Shown here: piece after piece, positions 41,455-50,203 of the stretch
Layout: each line of letters begins with the position of its first letter
Position numbering within the stretch: the stretch's first letter is position 1
From: an uncultured Pseudomonadota bacterium
GTDB lineage: Bacteria; Pseudomonadota; Alphaproteobacteria; Rs-D84
Direction: 5' to 3'
Length of the DNA: 64,000 nucleotides
NCBI GenBank assembly: GCA_949283535.1
Contig: CASDTC010000008.1
Location: 2,717 to 66,716 of the forward strand
Position numbers and translations under genes: made by a program
The notes under the pieces: model-generated
Seen by the model: the letters and a program-made list of their open reading frames with translations, nothing else
The model's database searches: none
Told to the model about the DNA's origin: nothing

Positions 41455-41642
41455 TTGATTTTTCTGTTATCTGTGATAAAATGCTTAATGCATTGGATGA
41501 TTACCAATGCGGGGTGTAAGAACCTCTTACTAGTACAAACTCCAACCACGGTTGGAGGGTTGCGAATATATCGAATAAGCACACTATTGCTAGTAATAGT
41601 TCTTAACCTCCAACCGCCATTCATCACGGCGGTGTTTTTATT
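41455..41642 (+). promoter_or_regulatory. Promoter plus C4/CI-like structured RNA leader with switchable terminator (copy A)
   Basis: TTGATT..TGnTAAAAT promoter; hairpins; complementary pairs TAAGAAC/GTTCTTA, TTACTAGTA/TGCTAGTAA, CGGTTGGAGG/CCTCCAACCG; terminator ACCGCC..GGCGGT-GTTTTT. Confidence 0.7.
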
Positions 41643-41673
41643 AACCAACAATAAAAAACAGTGGAGAGAAAAA

Positions 41674-41922
41674 ATGATACTGGTCGATAATTCATATATT
41701 GGGCGCCGAATAAGCAGTGCGCGTAAAACCGCAAACATAAAACGAAACGATGCGGCAAGAATGCTGCGCATAACCCCAAAGAAATTATTAAGATACGAAA
41801 GCGGCAAAGAATTAATCCCCGAATTCGTACTGGAACGATTGTTTTACAGTGCATGGGCAATGATGGCGGTGCGAAATGCCCCGTATCGTGAAACGCCCCG
41901 CCGCCCACAATGGGGAAAATAA
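41674..41922 (+). CDS. XRE-family HTH protein (82 aa)
   Basis: GGAG RBS; IG.RI..AR......R..AA..L.I....L.RYESG. Confidence 0.82.
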   Translation: MILVDNSYIGRRISSARKTANIKRNDAARMLRITPKKLLRYESGKELIPEFVLERLFYSAWAMMAVRNAPYRETPRRPQWGK

Positions 41923-41990
41923 AACACAATATCTATATTCACATTTTGTCATCGCGGATTATCACAGATGGCATGGCAATCCATTTAATA

Positions 41991-42017
41991 AAAAAATCGC
42001 CCAAACGGGCGATTTTT
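41991..42017. terminator. Bidirectional intrinsic terminator
   Basis: AAAAAATCGCCC-AAAC-GGGCGATTTTT. Confidence 0.8.
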
Positions 42018-42288
42018 ATTTACGCAGACCCAGTTTTTTAATCAGGTCTTCGTATTCAGAAACACTGTTCTTTTTGATGTATGCCAATAATTTTTTACGG
42101 CGGTTAACCATCAGCAATAAACCACGTCTGGAATGTTTATCCTTGTGATTATTTTTCATGTGTTCTGTCAAATTGCGAATGCGTTCCGTTAAAACAGCAA
42201 CCTGGGATGCAGCAGAACCACCATTATCCCGTTCTGTTGTTTTAAATGCCTGAATCAATTCACTCTTTTTTTCTTTTGTAACGGACAT
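42016..42288 (-). CDS. rpsO: 30S ribosomal protein S15
   Basis: [14 protein letters not shown]....KD.HSRRGLL.MV..R.KLL.Y; start at ATG 42288. Confidence 0.97.
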   Translation of the reverse strand: MSVTKEKKSELIQAFKTTERDNGGSAASQVAVLTERIRNLTEHMKNNHKDKHSRRGLLLMVNRRKKLLAYIKKNSVSEYEDLIKKLGLRK

Positions 42289-42311
42289 TGTTTGTTTCCT
42301 TTTATTATTTT

Positions 42312-43184
42312 TTATATTGTTCGTGTCGGACGCAATATTCCACATGCAACCGTACCAATTCCAATAAATTCAGAATTACTGTATACGCGCCACATGCCGT
42401 CATATGCATCTGTTTCAATAAATCCGCCATTTTTGTATAATTTCACAGATTTATCGTCCAGATTCAGAACCGGAATGTCCCCCAGTCCAAAATCTGTTGG
42501 TTCCAAGAATCTCTTGAAATCTGCACCATTATTAACCAGATTTTCCAAAAAATCAAGTTGTACAGCATTTTTTATCTGAAATCCGATACTTTCTGTGCGT
42601 CGTATCATATCAACCGTGGCATATGCACCACACAAATATGCAATATCCCGCGCCAGCGCACGCACATATGTCCCACGCCCGCAACGCGTACGAAAGTGCC
42701 AAATATTCTCATTTACATCGATTAATTCCAGGCATTCAATATGTACGCGGCGTGCTGGGATTTCTATATCCGTGCCACGGCGTGCCAGTTCATATGCACG
42801 GCGCCCGGAAACATGCACGGCGCTGTATGCCGGTGGCGTTTGATTAATATCGCCAATTAATTGTGGCAATACCGATAAAACCATATCGCGCGATGGAATG
42901 ACATCACTGTTTCGTATTGTTGTGCCGGTTATATCCAGTGTGTCTGTTTCAAAGCCAAACTGTAATGAAAATTCATATTCTTTGATATTTGAACGCACAT
43001 CTTCGACAAACGGAATCATTTTTGTTGCCGCACCCAATGCAATTGGCAGTATGCCCGATGCCATTGGGTCCAGTGTGCCAATATGTCCAAATGTTTTTGC
43101 GTTAAATATACGCGCCACGCGCGCGCCGGCGGCGCGGCTGGATATACCGGACGGTTTGTCTAAAATAATCCAACCAGATGACAA
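42312..43184 (-). CDS. truB: tRNA pseudouridine(55) synthase
   Basis: [37 protein letters not shown]. Confidence 0.95.
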   Translation of the reverse strand: MSSGWIILDKPSGISSRAAGARVARIFNAKTFGHIGTLDPMASGILPIALGAATKMIPFVEDVRSNIKEYEFSLQFGFETDTLDITGTTIRNSDVIPSRDMVLSVLPQLIGDINQTPPAYSAVHVSGRRAYELARRGTDIEIPARRVHIECLELIDVNENIWHFRTRCGRGTYVRALARDIAYLCGAYATVDMIRRTESIGFQIKNAVQLDFLENLVNNGADFKRFLEPTDFGLGDIPVLNLDDKSVKLYKNGGFIETDAYDGMWRVYSNSEFIGIGTVACGILRPTRTI

Positions 43185-43185
43185 T

Positions 43186-43677
43186 TTAACGCCTTTTGAT
43201 TTGATATTTTTCCCGCGCGATGGTTGATAAAAATTTATTTAATTCTGAACGGTTTTCTTCACAAACCGGAAACAATTGACGCAAGTTATGCATATTAATG
43301 ACCGCATCTGTTATGCCACGATGTAATAAAATTTCACGATATTCACGGTTAACAATCCCACCACCATTTCTGGAATGCGAATCCATCGGAACATCGGCAT
43401 ATACGCGACCAGACGCATTATCAATACGAACACTGCGCGCCGCAATAAATCGCGGTCCCCAACGGATATCAGATTCACAATAATATCCATCCATGACAAA
43501 TTCCAGTTTCGCCCCCAATTGAAATTCTGGCAATCCGGTTGATAAATTACTGACCGTGTGGGGTGCCATAAAATTAAATTCGGTCAAGAATTCTTTTAAA
43601 TGCGCAATATTATAAAATTCTTGATATCGCGGTTCATAAAACGGTGTTCTGAAAACAAAAACTGGTTTTAAATTCAT
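43186..43677 (-). CDS. Hypothetical protein (163 aa)
   Basis: ORF with GGGG RBS-like sequence filling the gap between mutS and truB; no recognised family. Confidence 0.7.
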   Translation of the reverse strand: MNLKPVFVFRTPFYEPRYQEFYNIAHLKEFLTEFNFMAPHTVSNLSTGLPEFQLGAKLEFVMDGYYCESDIRWGPRFIAARSVRIDNASGRVYADVPMDSHSRNGGGIVNREYREILLHRGITDAVINMHNLRQLFPVCEENRSELNKFLSTIAREKYQIKRR

Positions 43678-43692
43678 AAATTACCCCCCTGG

Positions 43693-46254
43693 TCATCCAA
43701 ACAGGTTTAATTGTACCCGCCCCGCTGGTTGTGCGACACAATTTGGTTTTGTATTGTCTGGGGTTTTGGTATTGTTTTTTTCACATTGCATGTTTTCTGG
43801 CATTGTATCGTGCGCAATTTCATCACCACGCATTTCCAGTGTTGCCAATACATCTTCGGCACGGGTAACGACTGATTCTGGCATGCCCGCCATTTTGGCA
43901 ACCTGAATCCCATATGAACGATTTGCAACACCAGGCACAATTTTATGCATGAATATTATTTCATTATTATGCTCACGAACATCAATTGTCAGGCACGATA
44001 CATTATTTAATTGCCCAGCGCCATCGCCAACCAATGCGGTTAATTCATGATAATGGGTTGCAAACAATGTACGCGGACACATTTCGTTTAAAAATTCTAA
44101 GACCGCCTGGGCAATTGCCATGCCATCATATGTTGCCGTACCGCGTCCAATTTCATCAAAGATAATAAAAGACTGTTTTGTCGCACGGCGCAGGATGTTT
44201 GCAGTTTCACTCATTTCCACCATGAATGTGGATTGACCCGCCGCCAAATTATCAGACGCGCCAACACGACTGAATAATTGGTCGCAAATGCCAATTGTTG
44301 CGCGGGTGGCGGGCACAAATGACCCCATATGTGCCAATACAACCAGTAATGCATTTTGACGCAGGTATGTTGATTTACCCGCCATGTTTGGTCCGGTCAA
44401 TAATGCAATCGGGCGCGCATTTAAATTGCAATCATTTTTGACAAAGTTATCCCCGCGGCTGCGCAAGACAAAATCAATTACAGGATGACGCCCGCCAACA
44501 ACATCAAATGCATTATCATCTGTGATTGTTGGGCGCGTCCAAGAATAACGATCGGCAACAATTGCCAATGAATACCATGCGTCTAAATCCGCCAATGTAT
44601 CCGCCGCCGCCAACAGGTCATCGGATGCCGCGCGGATATGGTCAATCAAGCGCGAAATAATTTCAGCCTCTATCGCCGCCGATTTTTCCGCCGCAGATCG
44701 CACATCATTATCCAAATCAATCAGGCGCGCAGTTGTAAATCGCATGTTGCCCGCCATCGTTTGACGATGAATAAATCCAGATTCAGGCTTCATTAATATA
44801 TCGGCGCGGGTGGATGGAACCTCTATAAAATACCCCAGGATATTATTATATTTTATTTTTAAGTTATGTATACCAGTGTCGGCGGCATATTGTGCCTGTA
44901 AACTGGCAATTGTTTCTTTGGCGCCATGTGCCAATGAACGCATATTATCCAGCGATACATCAAATCCAGCCCGAATTACATTACCATCACGGAAAAATGT
45001 CGGCAATTCATCTGATAATGCCGAACGCAATTCCAACGCCAAATCATCATGTGTATGAATTTCAGAAAATTTTGCCGCAAATCCAGAATCCAGTTTTGTC
45101 CCCAAAACCCGCGCATTTGGCAGTTCAATTAAAAAATCTGTTATATGACGCATATCACGCGGTGTGCCACGACCAGATAACAGGCGCGACAAACTGCGCC
45201 CGACATCCGGCAATCCATCCAGCGCATTTGATACCGCGCCCATAACATCAGGATTTAATATTAAATGTCCAATATGTTCCTGGCGTTTGCGAATTTCATC
45301 AATGTCCCCAGATAATGTGCGCAAATATGCACGCAATTTACGCGCACCGGCGGCGGTCTTGGTATTATCCAGAACATCAACCAGGCACACCCCGCCATCA
45401 TTTATTGGCGCGTCAATTTCCAAGCTTTTCCATGTTGCAGAATCAATTAATAATTGACGCCCAGATTTATAAACATATGGCGCACGAAATGTTATCGCGG
45501 CACCGCGTTGGGTATTAAATAAATATCCCGCCAATAATGCAATTGCATTATCGCAATTTGTTGCACCATCCACAGGCGCATTAACCACGCCGCCAAATAC
45601 GCGCGATACAATCTGGTCAATATCTGTGCGATGATACAGTTTTTCATATACGGGCGTTGTTTTAAATACATCGCGCAAATGCAAAATATTTTTATCTTCG
45701 GCACAGGATTCTGGATAAATAACCTCTGCCGGGTTTATACGAACCAGGTCATCCAATACATCGCCTGTTTTGCCAACAAAAAATTCACCCGTTGAAATAT
45801 CGCATCCCGCAATATCAAATCGCCCATCGGGCATTGGTGCAACCGCAATTAAAAAATTAGAATTCTTTGGCGTTAATAAATTTTCATCGGTCAATGTCCC
45901 CGGTGTTAAAACACGGATTATTTTTCGTTCAATAAATTTATGCCCGCGCGCCTTGGCTTCCGCAGGGGTTTCCATTTGTTCAACCAATGCAACACGAAAA
46001 CCCGCCCGAACCAGGCGACCAAAATAGTTATCAGCGGCATGCCATGGAATTCCGCACATTGGTATATTTTCACCATCGCCATCGGTACCACGCTGGGTTA
46101 ATACCAGCCCCAGGTTTGTACTGATGGTTTTGGCGTCTTCAAAAAAAGCCTCGTAAAAATCGCCCAGGCGAAACATCAGCAATGCATCGGGATTTTCCGA
46201 TTTCATATCAACATATTGCTGCATAACAGGGGTTAATTTATTCTTATCCGCCAC
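43693..46254 (-). CDS. mutS: DNA mismatch repair protein MutS
   Basis: TP.MQQY, FRLGDFYE, TGPNMAGKSTYLRQ, STFMVEM, DEIGRGT, C-terminal clamp motif QLNLF. Confidence 0.98.
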   Translation of the reverse strand: MADKNKLTPVMQQYVDMKSENPDALLMFRLGDFYEAFFEDAKTISTNLGLVLTQRGTDGDGENIPMCGIPWHAADNYFGRLVRAGFRVALVEQMETPAEAKARGHKFIERKIIRVLTPGTLTDENLLTPKNSNFLIAVAPMPDGRFDIAGCDISTGEFFVGKTGDVLDDLVRINPAEVIYPESCAEDKNILHLRDVFKTTPVYEKLYHRTDIDQIVSRVFGGVVNAPVDGATNCDNAIALLAGYLFNTQRGAAITFRAPYVYKSGRQLLIDSATWKSLEIDAPINDGGVCLVDVLDNTKTAAGARKLRAYLRTLSGDIDEIRKRQEHIGHLILNPDVMGAVSNALDGLPDVGRSLSRLLSGRGTPRDMRHITDFLIELPNARVLGTKLDSGFAAKFSEIHTHDDLALELRSALSDELPTFFRDGNVIRAGFDVSLDNMRSLAHGAKETIASLQAQYAADTGIHNLKIKYNNILGYFIEVPSTRADILMKPESGFIHRQTMAGNMRFTTARLIDLDNDVRSAAEKSAAIEAEIISRLIDHIRAASDDLLAAADTLADLDAWYSLAIVADRYSWTRPTITDDNAFDVVGGRHPVIDFVLRSRGDNFVKNDCNLNARPIALLTGPNMAGKSTYLRQNALLVVLAHMGSFVPATRATIGICDQLFSRVGASDNLAAGQSTFMVEMSETANILRRATKQSFIIFDEIGRGTATYDGMAIAQAVLEFLNEMCPRTLFATHYHELTALVGDGAGQLNNVSCLTIDVREHNNEIIFMHKIVPGVANRSYGIQVAKMAGMPESVVTRAEDVLATLEMRGDEIAHDTMPENMQCEKNNTKTPDNTKPNCVAQPAGRVQLNLFG

Positions 46255-46265
46255 GATGAATCCAT

Positions 46266-46469
46266 TTATGCTTGTACTGGGTCAACCTTTAATGTTTCGA
46301 TTTTCAGTTCGGCTTCCTTTAACAATTGTTCGCAATATGCCTTTAATTTTATTCCCTGTTCATATGCGGCAACAGATTCCGCCAATGGCAAATCCCCAGA
46401 TTCCATTTTCTTTACCAGTTCTGTTAATTGCTTGTACGCATCTTCGAATGATAACTTTTTTTCGTCCAT
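46266..46469 (-). CDS. xseB: Exodeoxyribonuclease VII small subunit
   Basis: SFE.A...L...V..ME.G.L.L.ES...YE.G..L...C...L..AE. Confidence 0.93.
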   Translation of the reverse strand: MDEKKLSFEDAYKQLTELVKKMESGDLPLAESVAAYEQGIKLKAYCEQLLKEAELKIETLKVDPVQA

Positions 46470-46595
46470 TTTTATTCCTTGATTTATTTATGCAAACAAT
46501 ACACAACGAAACGCAAAAACGCAATTAAAATAAACTATTTTTAAATGAATTTTTATCACTGTTGTGATATAATACCCGCTGAAAATCAAGAGAGA

Positions 46596-47345
46596 ATGCA
46601 TATGAAAAATAAACCAGAAAAAAACCGCCCAACAAATATTATTTCGATGAATAAAATCTGTAAAAGTTTCCCGCTGGAAATGGGTGGCGAACAACAGGTT
46701 TTATTTGATATCACATTTGATGTTAACCAGGGCGAATTTGTTTCAATTATGGGACCATCGGGCAGCGGAAAATCCACATGTATGAATATTATCGGCGCCC
46801 TGGATACACCAACCAGTGGGACATATAAACTGTATGGAAATGATGTTGCAAACCTGTCTGATGATGAATTGGCGATAATCAGAAATGAATATATCGGATT
46901 TGTGTTCCAGCAATTTAACCTGTTATCAAAACGCAGTGTATTGGACAATGTTATGTTGCCATTGATGTATCGTGGATTGCCCATGGATGAACGCGTGCGT
47001 CGCGCGCGGGAAATGTTAAAACGCGTTGGATTGGAAAAATTCGAAACATATTTACCAAACCAATTATCCGGCGGTATGAAACAGCGTGTGGCAATCGCAC
47101 GCGCACTGGCGGGCGATCCAAAATTAATTCTGGCGGATGAACCAACCGGCGCGCTGGACAGTAAAATGGGAAATGATATTTTAACATTCTTGAAACAATT
47201 AAATAAAGATATGGGTATTACAATCGTTATGATTACCCACGAATTTGAAATTGCACAATATTCTGACCGTCTGATTCATATATACGATGGACGCATAACA
47301 TATGATGGACGCGTGCCACGCGATGAACGGGTTTTACAAAAATAA
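46596..47345 (+). CDS. MacB/LolD-type ABC transporter ATP-binding protein
   Basis: GPSGSGKST, GFVFQQFNLL, LSGGMKQRVAIARAL, LADEPTGALD; start 46596 or 46602. Confidence 0.93.
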   Translation: MHMKNKPEKNRPTNIISMNKICKSFPLEMGGEQQVLFDITFDVNQGEFVSIMGPSGSGKSTCMNIIGALDTPTSGTYKLYGNDVANLSDDELAIIRNEYIGFVFQQFNLLSKRSVLDNVMLPLMYRGLPMDERVRRAREMLKRVGLEKFETYLPNQLSGGMKQRVAIARALAGDPKLILADEPTGALDSKMGNDILTFLKQLNKDMGITIVMITHEFEIAQYSDRLIHIYDGRITYDGRVPRDERVLQK

Positions 47346-47373
47346 ATATTATAAATAATAGCAGGCAAAAAAT

Positions 47374-48591
47374 ATGACATTTAACGATATTTTAAAAGAA
47401 TCTTGGCTGTCAATCAGTGGAAATAAAGTTCGATCGTTTTTAACCGTTTTGGGCATCATTATTGGTGTTATGGCGGTGGTGATTATGGTTGCGGTTGGCG
47501 AAACAGTATCTAAACAGGTCAGCGACCAGTTTTCATCACTGGGGACGAATACCATAACCATACGCGCCGGCGCGGCACAAAGCGCGGGTGTACGCACAGG
47601 AAACAGACAAACACTGACCATCGATGATGCCGAATTTATCGGTCAATTGCCCGATGTTGCGGCATACAGCCCTATACAAAACGCATCTGCCCAGGTTATT
47701 TATGGCAACCAAAACTGGGCAACATCAATGGTGGGCGCGTATCCCGGATATGAACAGGTGCAAAATCTGGAAATGGAATACGGAACTTTCTTTAACCAGG
47801 CGGCGGTACGAAATGGGTCAACATACGCAATTATTGGTCCCCAAACCGCCGAAGAACTGCAAATGCCTGAAAACCCGGTTGGTGAAATTATTCGTGTACA
47901 AAATATGCCGTTTACCATTATTGGCATGACGCGCGAACGCGGTGATTCTGGGATGTTCAGCCAAGACGACATGATTATAATTCCAATCACCACATTGAAA
48001 AAGCGTCTGCAAGGCAGCCGGTTTCCAAATTCGGTCAGTACCGTGACATTGAAATTAAATGAAAATGCAGATAACGCGTTGGTAATTGAACAAATAACCG
48101 CCCTGTTGCGCGATCGGCATAAATTGGCAGATGACGAAGCTGATGATTTCCAAATCATGGATATGAAACAAATGATGGAGGCGATGGATACCGTCACCGG
48201 ATACATGACAATGTTGTTAATCGCAATCGCGGCGGTATCGCTGTTGGTGGGATCAATCGGAATTATGAACATGATGTTGGTATCAGTTGCAGAACGCACA
48301 CGCGAAATCGGCATACGCAAAGCCATTGGCGCGCGCGAACGGCATATCGTTATTCAATTCTTGTCCGAAGCACTGTTGATATCTTTCATTGGTTCCATGG
48401 TCGGGTTGATATTCGGGGTTGGTCTGTCCCAGGGGATTGGGCGTTTTGTTATGGGATATGATGTGCCGTTCAGTATATGGCCGGTGGTGGTATCGGTATC
48501 TGTGGCGGTTGTTGTGGGTCTGGCGTCGGGGGTTATGCCCGCGATGAAGGCGGCAAAACTGAACCCAATTGACAGTCTGCGTTATGAATAA
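47374..48591 (+). CDS. MacB-family ABC permease
   Basis: RSFLTVLGIIIGV, IGIMN.MLVSV.ERTREIGIRKAIGA, A.LNPI..LRYE. Confidence 0.93.
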   Translation: MTFNDILKESWLSISGNKVRSFLTVLGIIIGVMAVVIMVAVGETVSKQVSDQFSSLGTNTITIRAGAAQSAGVRTGNRQTLTIDDAEFIGQLPDVAAYSPIQNASAQVIYGNQNWATSMVGAYPGYEQVQNLEMEYGTFFNQAAVRNGSTYAIIGPQTAEELQMPENPVGEIIRVQNMPFTIIGMTRERGDSGMFSQDDMIIIPITTLKKRLQGSRFPNSVSTVTLKLNENADNALVIEQITALLRDRHKLADDEADDFQIMDMKQMMEAMDTVTGYMTMLLIAIAAVSLLVGSIGIMNMMLVSVAERTREIGIRKAIGARERHIVIQFLSEALLISFIGSMVGLIFGVGLSQGIGRFVMGYDVPFSIWPVVVSVSVAVVVGLASGVMPAMKAAKLNPIDSLRYE

Positions 48592-48617
48592 AAAAAACGC
48601 CCCGTGGGGCGTTTTTT
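48591..48617 (+). terminator. Intrinsic terminator
   Basis: AAAAAAACGCCCC-GT-GGGGCGTTTTTT. Confidence 0.8.
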
Positions 48618-48674
48618 ATTGTCTGTATGTGGCATAAATACACCAAAACACTGGCATTTATAAAATTATTAGTA

Positions 48675-48902
48675 TATAATACGCGGTGAACCTGATTTAG
48701 AAGGTTCGGGGCATTAAACAGCCTCCTCTAGTCGGTGCAGATTGCACCATAACGTAATTTGCGGTGCATATTTGCATCGCGGTTCCCCGAATATGGTCGG
48801 GGTGCTGGTGGTTATACAACAGGATTTTCCAAAAGCCACCAGGTCGACTAGAGCGATTGTTTAACACCCCGACCATCAAGTTTTTTGATGGTCTTTGTTT
48901 TT
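48675..48902 (+). promoter_or_regulatory. Promoter plus C4/CI-like structured RNA leader with switchable terminator (copy B)
   Basis: TATAAT at 48675; complementary pairs TTAAACA/TGTTTAA, CTCTAGTCG/CGACTAGAG, ATGGTCGGGGTG/CACCCCGACCAT; terminator GACCATCAA..TTGATGGTC-TTTGTTTTT. Confidence 0.72.
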
Positions 48903-48920
48903 AATTACACGGGGACTGAA

Positions 48921-49271
48921 ATGGCGGGGAAAAAGTTTGTACCATCACAAATGGATATTTGCATTGGTGAAATGATTAATTTAATGCGCAATAAATTTGG
49001 CATGTCGCAAAATGATTTAGCCGCACATCTGGGGGTATCTTTTCAACAAGTGCAAAAATATGAATCCGCGGGAAATCGTATATCGGCATCGCGGTTGCAT
49101 CAAATTGCCGATGTTTTCCAGATTCCAGTTGCGCGATTCTTTAATGAAATTGATAATGGTCTGTTGATTGATGATGCAGTGCGAAAAATGTTAAAACAAT
49201 TTTTGGCACTGGGGACAGATGACCGGCGATATATTTTAAAACTGATTCAACGATTGGCGCACAGCGCATAA
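48921..49271 (+). CDS. XRE-family HTH transcriptional regulator (116 aa)
   Basis: GGGGA RBS; D..IG..I...R...GMSQ..LA..LGVSFQQVQKYE...NRISASRL. Confidence 0.9.
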   Translation: MAGKKFVPSQMDICIGEMINLMRNKFGMSQNDLAAHLGVSFQQVQKYESAGNRISASRLHQIADVFQIPVARFFNEIDNGLLIDDAVRKMLKQFLALGTDDRRYILKLIQRLAHSA

Positions 49272-49290
49272 AACCGGACATCATTAATTA

Positions 49291-49317
49291 AAAAATCCCG
49301 CGATACGCGGGACTTTT
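49291..49317. terminator. Bidirectional intrinsic terminator
   Basis: AAAAATCCCGCG-ATA-CGCGGGACTTTT. Confidence 0.75.
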
Positions 49318-49336
49318 ATTTGCGTTGCATTTCTAT

Positions 49337-50203
49337 TTATGCCAAACCCATTTTCTGGCGCATTTGGGTTAATACCGGAACCGCAATCCCCATTTCTGTG
49401 GCACGGTTTATTAATCCATTCAGGGCAAATATCCCCTCGACCGTGCCGGCGGGCTGTTCACCACGCGCAATTGCCATGCCACCGGCAAAATTGCGACTGG
49501 TTGCCGATGTCGCAGACAGGAACAAGTCCCCTATTCCGCATAAATCTAAAAACGAACGCATTTTTGCCCCGCATGCCAGCCCCAGATTCATCACTTCGTT
49601 CCAGGCGCGTGTAAATATCATTGCGCGTTCGTTTTCGCCGGACGCCGCAATTGAATTATATCCGCATATTAATGCAACCGCGTTTTTACCAACCCCGCAC
49701 ATTTCCGTTCCGATTACATCATCACTGGGGTTTAAATACAGTAATCTTAAAATCTGGGAACCAATTTCAATCGCGCGTGGCGATCCCGCCAATGTAGATC
49801 CGGTGGGGACGCCGCGGGCAACCTCTGCCGCGAATTGGGGACCAGATAACACACCATAATCGGATACATCCGGTAATTCAGACGCAATTATTTCCGACAT
49901 AAAATCACCCGTTGCGGGTTCCGCGCCCTTGGTACATACAATTATTGGCTGATTGTTATAATATTCCCGCGCCATACGCACTGTTTCACGAAAATATGCC
50001 GCCGGGGTCACAATTAACCATGCATCACAATCACCCATACGCGACATATCATGCGTTATTTGAATGTTTTTCGGCATTTCAACATCGTCAAATTCTTTAT
50101 ATTTTCCATCATACGACCATAATATAACATCCGTGCCACCGCGCGCGGTTATAATCGACAGCGCCGTACCCCATGCGCCGGCACCAATAACACCAACAAT
50201 CAT
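49337..50203 (-). CDS. gpsA: NAD(P)H-dependent glycerol-3-phosphate dehydrogenase
   Basis: GAGAWGTAL, CTKG, LSGP.FA.EV, KN, G.GDL......SRN. Confidence 0.93.
   Translation of the reverse strand: MIVGVIGAGAWGTALSIITARGGTDVILWSYDGKYKEFDDVEMPKNIQITHDMSRMGDCDAWLIVTPAAYFRETVRMAREYYNNQPIIVCTKGAEPATGDFMSEIIASELPDVSDYGVLSGPQFAAEVARGVPTGSTLAGSPRAIEIGSQILRLLYLNPSDDVIGTEMCGVGKNAVALICGYNSIAASGENERAMIFTRAWNEVMNLGLACGAKMRSFLDLCGIGDLFLSATSATSRNFAGGMAIARGEQPAGTVEGIFALNGLINRATEMGIAVPVLTQMRQKMGLA

Noticed and set aside
48688-48880. 6S RNA, SRP RNA, tmRNA or RNase P RNA
   Set aside because: Lacks SRP, tmRNA and RNase P signature motifs; multibranched with an overlapping terminator and an architectural twin at 41.5 kb, unlike rod-shaped 6S (not formally excluded without Infernal)
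41455-49271. Prophage or integrative element spanning the two XRE loci
   Set aside because: Intervening genes are core (rpsO, truB, mutS, xseB, ABC); no integrase, structural genes or att repeats
49982-49997. parS half-site TGTTTCACG inside gpsA
   Set aside because: Second half does not match the palindrome
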